Source of the DNA: Azolla caroliniana
Taxonomy: Eukaryota > Plantae > Polypodiophyta
Length of the DNA: 64,000 nt
Direction: 5' to 3'
NCBI GenBank assembly: GCA_043228905.1
Contig: JBHGNT010000020.1
Location: 9,610,001 to 9,674,000, forward strand
Below, piece after piece: positions 22,001-33,741 of the stretch. Within the stretch, counting starts at the first letter, position 1. Every line of letters begins with the position of its first letter. The translations under genes were made by a program, and so were the position numbers. The notes beneath the pieces were generated by a model. It had not been told where the DNA came from, searched no databases, and saw only the letters and a program-made list of their open reading frames with translations.

Positions 22001-24490
22001 ATATACTCCATCGGAGACCTATACTCGGGGTATGACCAATTCCAACTAGCCGTGGAGAGCCGAGACATCACTACCATGCGGACACTGATAAGATTAGTCT
22101 GAATGTGCACACTACCATAAGGAGCGACAAACTCGGTTGCACATATGATGAACGCGATGAACAAGGTGCTTCGAGATTGCATTCCGGAGATAACAATGCC
22201 ATTCCTAGATGACATTCCGATGAAAGGATGCGTGGTAGAAGAAAAAGATGAAACTATGGATGATCAGGGATGCCGAAAGTTCGTAGTCGACCATATTCGT
22301 GATTGTGAGAAAGTGCTTCGAAAGTTAGAGGATGTGCACCTAACACTTTCTGGGGAGAAATCAACATTCGGGCAAGAAGAGATATTGGTAGTTGGACATC
22401 TATGTGGGCCCTATGGCCGAAGACCATCACCAGCCAAGATCGATGCGATTCAAGCTATGAAAGAAGTATGCGAGTCACAATCCGAAGTTCGAAGGTTTCT
22501 TGGAGCTTGTGCATTTTATCACATATGGATTCCGCACTATGCACATATTGCGGACCCACTCTATCACTTATTGCGGAAGGGGAAGAAGTTCGAATGGAAA
22601 CCGAAACACACCAAAGCTATGAAGAAGCTCAGGAAAACACTACGGAGGGCTGAAGCACTTAAGAAGCAGAGCTATGAGCGACCGATCATAGTAACGGTTG
22701 ATACAAGTCCAACCGGGATCGGATGGGTCATCAATCAAGCCAACTTGGATGGTTTGCGATATCCAATCCGATTTGGAGCAAAGGTTCTCAACGAAAGGCA
22801 ACGCAGATATGCACAAGTCAAAAGAGAATTATGGGGAGTCGTGCCGGCAATCAAATCGGATCGAGATTATTTGATCGGAGCCGAAGTAGTGATCGAAACG
22901 GATTGTCTTCCGATACTCGGGATGATGCGGTGTTGCACTATACCGGATGTGGCTATGCTAAGATGGATTGCATATGTTAAGTCGCTTAACTCGGACGTAC
23001 AACACATCTCCGGAAAAGACAACGCAGTAGCGGATATGCTATCAAGGGCTCGGTTTAGAGACGACATAGCTGAATCCGATAATTAAGAAGTTTCTGATGA
23101 CTACTTTGCTTCAGAGCACATATGCCGAGTAAATGTAATCCGAGAATTCCGAGAAGAAGAATACGAGGGAGAAAACTTGATGATCGGGAAGGTGCTACAA
23201 GAGATTGAGGAATCATCAGACGATAAAGAGAAGAGAGCCGAGATCCGAAGGAAGAAGAGGCAAGTCCAAAAGTTCTTCTTGAAAAATGGATTAATATGGA
23301 GGGAGCCGAAAAGACCGGATGGCATACCACTTCGGGTAGTTGAAACGAAAGAGCAACGAAACTGGATAATGTCCGAGTTTGACGAATCCGAAATGGGCTG
23401 GACATCGAGGAACATGAGCAACTTTTGTGAAAATCAAACAATAATATTGGTGGAAGAATATGTACAAAGATATAGCGGAGTTCACGGAAAGCTGTGAGAA
23501 GTGTCAAATCTACTCCGGAGTTCGACACCAAGATGAGTTACATCCGACATTCTCACCGACGATCAACTTCAAATGGATGGTCGACATTGTAGCCATGCCA
23601 ACCGGGATCGGACAAAAGAAGTACTTGGTGTTAGCTCGGGAAAATCTCACAAACCAAGTAGAAGGTCGGGCGCTACGAAGGAAAACGTGTTCTGCGGTAT
23701 GCCAATTTCTTTTGGAGGAGGTTTTTTGCAGGTACGTGTGCGTAGGACAAGTGATTGCGGATCATGGAGAACTCGACTCTAATAAAGCTAGGGAATTCTT
23801 CACCAAACATGGAGTTCGGTTAACACTAACAACGGCATACTATGGAGGCCAACGGGAAAATCGAACGAGGACATAGTCCGATTGTCAAAGCACTTGCCAA
23901 AGCATGCGACAGAAGGGTGAAGGATTGGCCGCAGATGCTCCCGTATGCACTATGGGCGGATCAGACGACGCATAGCTCCATAACCGGTTATTTGCCGACA
24001 GAACTTATGACTTAACAAGCACCGGTAATGCTGACAGAAACCGCGATCGCGACATGGACAATGCTACCGTGGAAGGAAGAGATGAGTCGGGAAGAACTAC
24101 TAGCGGTCCGAATACGACAACTAGATGGAAGACCGGAAGACATAGCGGAAGCAACACACCGACAACAAGAAGCGCGATTCCGGAACAAAAGCCGGTTCGA
24201 CACAAAGCACTAACTACGACCACGAAAGATTCAAGAAGGAGATTGGGTGATTGTCTATGACAATAGTTTGGATCATCAACATACAACGATACGGAAGTTC
24301 GCAAAAAGGTGGTTCGGGCCATACGAGGTTCGGAAAGTTTTCGACAACGTAACTTACCGACTATGCAAGTTTGATAGAACGATACTACGAGTGCCTATAG
24401 CAAGGAAACGAGTAAAGATCTTCAAGAAGCGGACTAACGACAAACCCTATGTAACCCTAGACAAGACCGACAACGAGGAGCAACCGGACA
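19025..24490 (+). pseudogene. gag-pol (gag, PR, RT, RNase H, integrase), disrupted
   Basis: ALIDHGS protease; WFTVPKKNGSLRFIQDLQPVN, DLYSGYDQF, PFLDDI; VDTSPTGIGW, YAQVKRELWG; FKWMVDIV, WFGPYEV. Confidence 0.92.
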
Positions 24491-24491
24491 A

Positions 24492-24741
24492 GGATTATTT
24501 GTCAAGGATTGATCAATCTAATGTATTCGTGGGATTCACGAGTCTATCATAAAAATTCTCTTTCTTATAATCTAAATATTGATTAAATACACTAAACACG
24601 TGGGATTCACAAGTTTTATTTCTTACTTCTCTTTCTACCTATTCATAACTAGCCTTATATTGTATTCTTCTTTCTCCTAGTCCAAAACCTCAATGGTTCC
24701 CACCCGACTCACGCAACGATCCGGAGCTGAAAGGCACGACA
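24492..24741 (+). repeat. 3' LTR remnant (U3 and PPT deleted)
   Basis: Aligned by eye to 18738-18986; fused directly to the integrase C-terminus. Confidence 0.9.
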
Positions 24742-25013
24742 CCGTTTTGTCCTATGCTGCTTTTCCTGAGCAATCTTGCTTCTGGTCTTGACAATCTTGT
24801 GTAGTAGAGTTGAAGTACTTGTTAATTTAGCTAGAAGTTTGTCGGATGCTAATGAGGCATTGATAGGTAATGACCATTGGTTGATGAGTTGTTCCTTCAC
24901 CTCTGTGACTGTGTAGATAGTGGGCGGGATTTGAGGTTGAAATGGGTCCCACTTTCGGTGTAATTGAAAGTGACCAATTACAGGGTAATGGTCGAAGAAA
25001 GTCATGCCTGGAG
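24742..25013 (-). pseudogene. LINE ORF2 fragment (endonuclease C-terminal DH motif)
   Basis: PGMTFFDHYPVIGHF corresponds to the SDH motif of APE domains. Confidence 0.8.
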
Positions 25014-25720
25014 TGACAAGAACTACACGCTCCCGATGAACAACGCTCGGCCACAACCGAGTCTAAGATCAAACACAGAAAACAGATAATGAACGCACGA
25101 CACAAAGGAGAGAAGAGTACACAGGATGTTTAACGTGGAAAACCCTGAGATGGAAAAACCACAGGAGTCAACAGACTCCAAACTATCACTATATCACAAT
25201 GATTACAACAGTGAGCTCACAGAGGCAACGACCTCGTGCTCACGATCTTCGCCACAGGCGGCGGTTACAACAGAGGCAACGACCTCTTCCTCTCTCTCTC
25301 TCACTGTACATTGTTTGCGCGCTCTCTAGTCTAGCACCAACAAGAATGACAACAACCAACTTCTCTCAATAAGTTTGCCCTAAGTCATATTTATACTAAT
25401 ATGACTTTTCGGCTATTTACAAATATAGCCCCGATGGACTCTCAGAAGACATATTTACGAATATGTCCCTTCATCCGGTGATCGCTCCTCACCGAGCTTG
25501 CATCATCCGGATCTTGCCGGGTACTCGTCATCCGGTTCTCATCGGGTCTTCCGTAGTCGGGTACTCTTCATCCGGTTCTCACCGGGTCTTCATCATCTGG
25601 CTCTTGCCGGGTACTTCTCATCCGGTTCTCACCGGGTCTTCCGTAGTCGGGTACTTCATATCCAGTTTCGATCAGTACTGTTCTTCTCACTTCCCATCCG
25701 GAGGGACCTGTTTCCTAACG
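25014..25720 (-). mobile_element. copia-type solo LTR, TSD TGGAG
   Basis: TGGAG at 25009-25013 and 25721-25725. Contains TTAACGTGGAAAACCCT..GAAAAACCAC and GGAGGGAC..TTCCTAAC motifs shared with the 14343-15048 LTR. Confidence 0.88.
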
Positions 25721-26440
25721 TGGAGTTATGCGATACCACCCTCCCTTCGCTTCTAGGGCCTCGCCTACATAAATGCAGTCAATGCGAGATAGGGTGGGTC
25801 CACTATTTCGCCCATCTGATCGGCAGAATAAGAGTGAGTCCCTTTTTCGTTGGAAGTTGTCTGAGTGCCATAGATTTATCGGGTTAAGGTGAACACATAA
25901 CTTCTCCCATTTTTTTCGTTCCCTTCCTTGTAGAACTATGGGATTGTTGATAGAGCTATCATGAAGGGATTCGATCATATTAAAATCCCCTTCAATGCAC
26001 CAGTCCTCCGCACCTGCTACTTGTAGGCGAATGTGCTCCCAGAATGTTGCCCTTTTTGTGCTGCTATTTGGAGCATAAACATTCATGAAATTCCAGTGTT
26101 GCCCTTGGATGGCCAACATGCAAAAATGTGCCCTACCAGGTATAAGTGATTCTTGATGTATTAAGCCTTGGGCTACATGTTTCTGAATCAAAGTGAAAAT
26201 ACCACCATGATTTCCATCCTCCCCTATTGCTAGCTCCCAAATTGTTCGCCATGATCCTAGTAGAAGGTCTCCGACTTCCTTTGAACGAGTACTATCGAGG
26301 TGGTGTTCCTGCAACATGATTATGTCAACAACACCCCCTAATATTTATTCCTCAAGATCCCTTCTCACTTTCCATTTGTTTTGCTGGTCTAGCCGACTCC
26401 TGAGCCCTTGGACGTTCCATGTTACAATTTTCATACTCAT
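25721..26440 (-). pseudogene. LINE ORF2 APE-type endonuclease
   Basis: MKIVTWNVQGL, MLQEHH, NVYAPN, GDFN, SRIDCIY. Confidence 0.92.
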
Positions 26441-28181
26441 GGGATAGGGTGGGAGATTGCAAGTTGTTCTTGATGCTTTGCACAATAGGTCGTGAGTGGA
26501 GAGCACTCACCATTTAGACATCCAGTCATTTTCACTGATGGGATGATGGTCCAAATCCATGACTGAAGTTTGTGGGCTATCCAGTGAGCTTCAATCGCCC
26601 CTTCCTGCTTCTCATAGAAATAGAAAAAGCCTGGAGTTAGATGGGTGTCTATAATAGTCCACAGGTGGATGTGGCAAAGATGAGATTCCTCTTCATCCAT
26701 GGTGCACCAGAATTCAGTGTTATTCCAACGCTTCTTTAGTTCATTCATGAGGTCTTCGTCTCTTATTTTTGTTACAAAACATGTTGCTTGGCTACATAGC
26801 GTATCGTTAATCTTGGATTTGGACCAATCTTCTTGTGCCGGTAGCCAGAGTGGAAAGGAGATTCAGGTCATTGGCACTCCATTATTGTGTATTGTCGATA
26901 CATGTACCCTTATTTTTTCCACTGTCTTATGCCCGATACCTAGCCATTTCAAGGTGTTTTGTGGGTGTCGTTCAAGGTCCTGACTAGAGGTATCACACTC
27001 ATTTGTGTCTGGGAAGACTATGATTTGAGGCGTGATATTCAAACTTCTCCCTTGATTTGTTGCTTCTCCATTGGGTGTAGTTCCGCGCAAGCTCCGCATT
27101 AAGGTCTTAACATGACTTATCCTTCGTCGCTTTCCTGTTTTGTAAGCTATAACGAGAATTTTCTCTTGTGTGCTTGGTATCACCTTAGGCCGTTCCTTAG
27201 GGCTTAAGAAAGAACTAGGGGAGTGTTCATCCGTGAGGGGGATCTCTTGCAGTAGATCAAATCGATTGGGGCTCAAAGGTGATGGAGGATTTTGTGCCTG
27301 TGGAGTTTTGCGGCGGATATGGGTTTTCCCCACCACTCGCCATTCCATCACAGCCTTATCGGGTCGTGGTGGGGGGGCTTCTCATGGCCTATGGTGCCAT
27401 GACCTTCTCGAGTTTCCTTGGCGGGATCTTTAGTGCCTCTCGTGGGGCAATTCTTTTTTAAATGACCAAATATTTTGCATGCAAAACATTGCCCCAATGT
27501 ACCGATCACTTTTATGCGTTGTTCAATCTGCATTCCATTTTTTCCAGGAATGCGGATCTTGGAAGGAAGTTTGTCAATGTCTGGCACCAAAAGGCGTATA
27601 GAGGGAGGGCCTAGTTGCTTCTTTGGCCTGTCCGTTAGCGTTAGGTCCTCTTCCAGCATCATACCAAAGGAGTTTCCAATAGTAGGAAGTAACATGTTGT
27701 ATTCTAAGGATAAACCAGGAAACAACATTGTTACCTTTTTCATGGAGTCATCGTGTTGCGTAGCCTTCTCTGGGTTAAAACCATGTGTCCATTTATGCAT
27801 GAATAACCATGTGTTTCGGATCTGGTAGGGAGACATTGCTATGAGTTTCGCTGCGGCATCCTTGTCCTCAAGGATGATTTGATAGAAACCTTTACCAAGC
27901 AATTGGACTTCCTTTATTCCACCTACTTGTTCACAGTACTTGCCTTGCAACATATCTCGTAGTAAGCCTCTATTTGGGCGGGAGCCTACCACGCGGCATA
28001 TGACCGTTATTTGCTCAAGACGCTCTGTCTCCTACTCCAATAGTAACACTTCTTCGCTAGTGCAACTAATCTCAACAGGACTCTCTCTACCTAGGTTGTA
28101 TTTATCTTGCATTTTCTCTTTATCAAACGAGGGGCCTGTGAGAGGTGCATGTTCAGTAGTGGCGATGTCTACTGCTTCCAT
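26441..28181 (-). pseudogene. LINE ORF1 (DUF4283-like + CCHC zinc knuckle), disrupted
   Basis: EVQLLGKGFYQIILE..LIAMSPY..MHKW..F and CFACKIFGHLKKNC, typical of plant L1 ORF1. Confidence 0.85.
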
Positions 28182-28218
28182 GCTTGAGGCAATCTTCTAA
28201 TGTTTAAAAAGGGTTCTC

Positions 28219-28219
<1 letters not shown>

Positions 28220-28271
<52 letters not shown>
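28220..28271. repeat. (GT)n microsatellite at the LINE 5' boundary
   Basis: Direct reading. Confidence 0.98.
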
Positions 28272-28272
<1 letters not shown>

Positions 28273-28400
28273 TTGGGGAGGGGGGAATAGCTGTTTTTTA
28301 TTTAAATTTAAATATATAAATTTGATTTTTTTTATTTTATTTTATTTTTTTTACTTTTTTTTTTTTTTATTTATTTGGGGGGGGGGGGGAAGGGGGGGAT

Positions 28401-28510
28401 GCCCACTCCTGGAGAGAGGGAGGCCCACTCTTCGAACTTTGGGTTTGGAGGGGGGGGAGGCCCACTCTTCGAACTTTGGGTTTGGAGAGAGGGGGGCCCA
28501 CTCTTCGAAC
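28401..28510. repeat. ~38-bp G-rich tandem repeat (GGCCCACTCTTCGAAC...) x3
   Basis: Direct reading. Confidence 0.85.
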
Positions 28511-29204
28511 CCACTTCTCAAAATTTGTTGGGGTGTAACACTAACAACTCTGCACGGCGATGGCGACGGCGACAGCGAGGGGGGTTGTGACGACCACTGC
28601 CCTATAGGTCGTGGACAGAGAGGGCAAGACCTGCATAGGGGGGATCTATGTGCCCCACGTTTGTTGCCCTCCACTCTGTGTTGTCAGGTGGCACGATTCA
28701 GCTCTTGCTCCTGCTCTTGCTCCGTTCCCTGGTGGCCTCTGCTCCGTTGCTCCTGCACCGCTCCCCCGTGTTGTCTTAAGGTGGGCGCGATTCAGCTCTT
28801 GCTCCTTCGCTTGCCCTGTTCCCCGGTGGCCTCTACTCCGCTACTCCTACTCCTACTCCTGCACTGCTCCTCCAAAAAATTCAGGAGTTTCTGATTTTGT
28901 GCATAATTTAGATGGAAATGTGTTAATTATTTAGAGATTGTGCGTGATTTCTTTAGTTTGATATCCACAATGTCATATTTGGTTGTGGTTGATATGGCAT
29001 GTGGTTTAGGAGAAATAATCCACATATTTGACTGAAATAGGGCAAGAAAGAAGAAAAGGGAGGTTCTTATTTTGTGCATAATTTAGATGGGAATGTGTAA
29101 CATATTTGTTTGGTGATTATGCATTAGAATGAATGCGAAAGAAAGAAGTGAAGGGCGGTTGTGGTTCTGTGCATAATTTAGATGGCAATGTGTTAATTTC
29201 TTGG

Positions 29205-29685
29205 TGTCAAGACAAAGAGAAAAAGAGAAGAAAGAGAGAGAAAAAAGGGAAAGAGATATATTGATGAGGCAGAAAGAGAGAATTGAAAAGAAAGTATTGT
29301 ATTGCGATATAAGATGGAGTACGCAAAGTAGGCCATAGGGAGCTATAGGATGGCGTTGAACCAATTTGGTTTTTGGATGGTTGATAACTCCTTATTTATA
29401 ACTCTCTATAGAGTAATCTAGAACACTCTAGAATATTATGGGGTAATCTAGTAATCTAGAAGGTTTATAGCATATTCTAGAAGGTTCTAGCATATAGAAC
29501 ACTCTAGAATACTCTAGGACATTCTAGAATATAAAGTAATTCAGAATATCCTTATGATATTATATTATATATTCTAAAGATAATACACATAAACTTGTTA
29601 TTACAATGGTTAAGGATTTGACATGCGTATAACAAGGTTGTGGGTTCAATTTCTTTCTAGACAAAATGTGAGTGTCGTCATGACA
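29205..29685 (-). mobile_element. Solo LTR (TGTCA...TGACA), TSD CTTGG
   Basis: CTTGG at 29200-29204 and 29686-29690. Excision restores a copy of the 28905-29030 repeat. Minus-strand TATAAATAAGG near 29390-29400; TCTAGA-rich array at 29410-29530. Confidence 0.85.
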
Positions 29686-29979
29686 CTTGGAGATTGTGCG
29701 CAATGTCGTTAGTTTGATATCCACATATTTGACTATGGTTGATATGGCATGTGGTTTAGGAGAAATGATCCACATATTTGGCTAAAATATGGTGACCAGA
29801 TAAATATCCATAAGTAGAGATTTGAATACACAATTTTGATTGGTATTTGTGAATTAAATAAGCTCATATGCATTTGTGAAAGAGTTTAAACCTTCAAAAG
29901 GTTTTTGTACATCTACTCTTGATTGCTAGTTGACGAAATATTGAGGTGAATTTAGTTAATTAGCATTGTATATTACAGA

Positions 29980-31697
29980 GATGAAGATTCCCGTAAGCCA
30001 GGTGTTGGACTTCGTTTGAATGATGAACAAAGGCTACAAATTTTGGAGTTAGTGGAACAGCCATCATCTCCTTCTCTTCATAATATAGGTAGAAAATTTG
30101 GTGTAAGTGAATCCGCTATTAGAAGTTTGATCAAGAAGAAGGATGAGATACAATTGAGTGTTCAACAAAAAGATCAAAATGCAAGAAAAAAAACTTTTAG
30201 AGGATCAAATGGAAAATACCCTGAATTAAAGGAACGCTTGTATGCTTGGATTGATGCATCTCGTTGACTATCAATTGCATTGCCTCCATCCGTTATTATG
30301 GAGAAGGCTCGACAATTGGAGGCACAAATGAATATTTCTGATGATGAGTTCAATGAAACTTGGGGTCGCTTTAGGAAATTTCGTCATCGCCAATGTTTGA
30401 ATACTATTAATTTATATGGTGAAGGAGGGGCAATCGATAGAAATGACCTTGAATTGTTGGCTTGTTTGGAAAGGCTTTATGCTATAGTCAATGAGTATGA
30501 TCCTAACAATGTTTACAATATGGATGAAAGTGGTTTGTTTTTTCGATTAGCTCCAAGCTACACAATGCTTTTGCCTAGTGAAGATCCTACACAATTCAAG
30601 GTAAGAAAAAAATGTTAGATATAGTTACCTTAGTTGTTTGTTGTAATGCAACTGGAACTGAAAAAGTTCCACTTACAATTATTGGAAAGGCTAATGAACC
30701 TGTTTGTATTGTTGGAAATTCTTGGCCATTACCTTATGTAGGACAAAAAAATGTTGGATTGATATCCATTGCTTTAATAAGTGGTTTGATCAAGTGTTTG
30801 TACCTTTTTGTTTGTTCTCTAACTAATCGCTAAGTGCATTTAATCCGTGATAATGCACCTAGTCATGCCGAAGCATTTGAGCGTGATGCTATCAAAGTGA
30901 TTTTTTTCATGGAAAATGTCACATCTTGGAAGCAACCAATGGATATGGGAATCATTGCAGCTTTGAAAAAGAGGTACAAATATCATTTGATAAGAGAAAT
31001 TTTGGCATATCATGATAGTCCATATTATGTTAAGATTCATTTGGAAGATGTCGCAAAACGTATGCGAAGAGGCTCTATTGGTTTAGCTTTTGGAAAGTTT
31101 GCACATTTGCTAGATGTCGCCAATCTCATTGTTACTACTTGGTATGAGATTAAGCAAGAGACAATTTTTAATTGCTATAGGAAGGCATATATTATTCCAT
31201 CATTTCGTGTTAATGATGTTGAAGTCAATGAAATGGAAGATCAATGCATTGATGATCTTGTTGCTTTGTTATCTAATTGCAATTTGCTTGAAAATGCACA
31301 TAATGTAGAAGAAATTCGAGATGAGATCATGGGATGTGTAAATGCATATTCAAATGAATCAGAAAATCTTAATCAAAATCTCCTTAAAGAGATTGATGAA
31401 GTTATAACGCAAGCTTCCAACACCAATGAACCACTTGCATATGATGAAAATAGTTCAGATTCTGAGTTTGTTGAGATGCAAGACATGTATGGATGCTTAA
31501 AGAAAGAAGATGTGATTATTCCTGAACTATTGAAACATGTTGTTGATAGTGAACTCATGCTCAATTCAATCATGACAACAACTTATTTGAGTTCCGAAAA
31601 AGCAAAACAATTAAAATCAGCTTTATTGGGTGCTCGTCGAATTATTCAAGAAGCAAATTCTGCCATTGTTTCTAAACGTATTGCTAAAAGTAGGTAA
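29980..31697 (+). pseudogene. pogo/Tigger-type (Tc1-mariner superfamily) transposase: HTH_psq + CENP-B HTH + DDE_1, frameshifted
   Basis: IGRKFGVSESAIRSL, YPELKERLYAW, YNMDESGLFF, VCCNATGTEK, DNAPSH, QPMDMGII (DD30D spacing). Confidence 0.9.
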
Positions 31698-31869
31698 ATG
31701 ACCTTACATGATTTTGGTATGAAATAGAGAAAAATTTACAAATACGATTTCCGTTGATCATTTTGTTGTTTTCTACATGTTTCGAACAAATTTCAATTTG
31801 TTTTGATGTAATTTCATCATGAAACAATGTAATTTCTTTGATCCGGATTTTGACCTCTAAAAAAACCAC

Positions 31870-31922
31870 ACTTAATCTAATGGCACACTTAATTGAACAT
31901 GCACTTAACCGAATGTCTATTG
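31870..31922 (+). mobile_element. Probable right TIR of the pogo element followed by TA
   Basis: Reverse complement begins CAATAG (cf. pogo CAGTA..), with repeated CTTAA motifs, then TA at 31923-31924. No left TIR found. Confidence 0.45.
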
Positions 31923-32399
31923 TACTTTGCAAAACTCAAACTCACAACCTCTTCTTAAGAACAAGCATTTGAGATAAACCACTTCAACTCTCCACTTATT
32001 CTTGATTTCCTTGTTTTTCTCTTATTTGTGTCTTGTACTTGCAGGCTATACACTTCCAACACAAACCATCTTCTTAAGCGGCCTCCTTGACGGCACAACT
32101 TCTTCACCTTTGCATGCGCCGTCATTCATTCGCTTTCTTATTCCATGCCTTCACTCACCATGACAACGGAGCTTTTATAAGGGGATAAACCGCCTTTGCC
32201 ACCCTCTTAAGGCGGTTTATTCACCGCCTCACGCAATGGTGGTTGCGTTTTTTTTTTATTTAAAATCTCAATAATAGAATTACATCTTTTGAAAAATTAC
32301 AAAATTGAGCTCATTTATCGTGACTTCCCCTCTTTGACATAATTACATTTTTATCCCTAGTAATCTTGAACCTAACATGATCCTTCTAGAGGCTATATC

Positions 32400-33741
32400 T
32401 TGCCAGACTTCTGGACTCCGATTCACAAATCGTAGAATTACAAGCACTCCTTGACGCAAGCTCCAGATGGTAAAAGACTTCCTCCAACTTTTTACCATTG
32501 TGTTGATTTCGTGAAGCTGAGGCTTCACGATAAGACCATGAGAATTGGGATCCCATTATGGTACACTATTTGCATTTTTTATAAGGGGTCAAATCATGAG
32601 CAAATTGCATTAGAAACTTGCTTGAAAGTTATCTTCACAAGGATATCCAATGTGAGGACAAATGCAATAATCATCTTTAAATGTTGGACATCATATAATC
32701 TCATACATAATGTGGTTGCTCAAGACCATCAATCTTGGATTGCCACCTTTTGTTGTGTCAATTCCATGCTAAAAAATCATGGGTGGACAACGTGTTGCCT
32801 AACGTAAGTATTGCCGAGAGAAACCACCTCAGGGTCTATCTGCGGATGTGCAAACTCATGCATTGCATTACAGAATCCATGTTCAAAGCTATGTTTGAGG
32901 AGTTAAAGGTAGAATATGTGGACAAAGCCATTGTTTGGCAATGTATGGGAGGATGGTGTGACTTGACTTGTGCATGGAGGAATCTATGGCCCAAGTTTGG
33001 TAGATTATTCAACTACGGACATGTTGACACTACCATTATTGTGGAGAGACATTGGCAGTTTATCAAGTATACTGGCTTGAGAGGAAGAATAAACCTATCT
33101 ATTACCTATCTTGTGCATGAGGACAATGAAACCAACACATGCATCGGGGGGGTCATCATAGAATGTCACATGCAACGACAAGAAATATGTGAGAGTGGTA
33201 GATTTTCGCCCTGTACAAATTGTAGGGATCAAAGGACAAGACTTAAAGTGGCCGAGAGGATACTCAAAAGGTATGTGATGATACCAACATCGTGCATATT
33301 GTCGGCGAGGCCCAATATTGGTTTAGAATATTGAGCATGAAAAATCTCACTCTATGGTATAATGTCTCGCTCCAATGCTCATATTGTGATTGCCAAGAAC
33401 TTGTTTAGATTATCGTTAAAAGGCATATGACATCCCTATGTGGGTTGTTACCATTTATAGATCATGCTGCCCAAATGTGAATGGATGATATCACAGAAAT
33501 AAAAATGGAGATAGAGGCACAACTAGCCGTGGAGACAAAGAACATACCATCTGACATGGAATCATGGAAGTCTCAAATACAAACGGTCGAGGAAGCACTT
33601 CAATTGCTCAAGCAAGGGTTAGGATCCTTTAACAGGGTTGTTCTTGAGGATTGTAAGCAAATATTGGCAGATTTGTCACAAAATGTGTATAGTTTATGTG
33701 CACCAAAATCAATCAACAAATTGGTGCGAAAAGTGGAGTGA
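32400..33741 (+). pseudogene. Mutator-like (MULE) transposase relic with SWIM-finger remnant
   Basis: LLCQFHAKKSW (CxFH motif), DTTIIVERHWQFIKY (TNN..E..H..IK-like), WYNVSLQCSYCDC. Confidence 0.7.

Larger units (their letters stand above)
18245..24741 (+). mobile_element. Ty3/gypsy retrotransposon primed by tRNA-Trp; 3' LTR 5'-truncated
   Basis: 5' LTR ~18245-18986 ending CACGACA; PBS 18991-19008; 3' LTR remnant 24492-24741 matches 18738-18986; flanking CCGT(T) duplication. Confidence 0.92.
4066..28200 (-). mobile_element. L1-clade non-LTR retrotransposon (LINE), fragmented by five LTR insertions; segments 25721-28200, 24742-25013, 18008-18244, 13740-14342, 4066-4435
   Basis: After removing the inserts the ORF2 protein text joins across junctions: RITP|GMTFFDHYPV, EDGDK|MRNIATSYYKRLL, LLDFEKAY|DRVCWNFL, then QGCPLAP and EFADDTA RT motifs. 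Confidence 0.9.

Noticed and set aside
25470-25675. CRISPR-like repeat array (also 28401-28510)
   Set aside because: Eukaryotic context, no unique spacers and no cas genes; ordinary tandem repeats inside TEs.
28223-28894. 223-aa ORF and other ORFs through (GT)n/(TATG)n tracts (1629-1925, 35092-35331, 58229-58553)
   Set aside because: Microsatellite/low-complexity artefacts (CVCVCV, MYVC).
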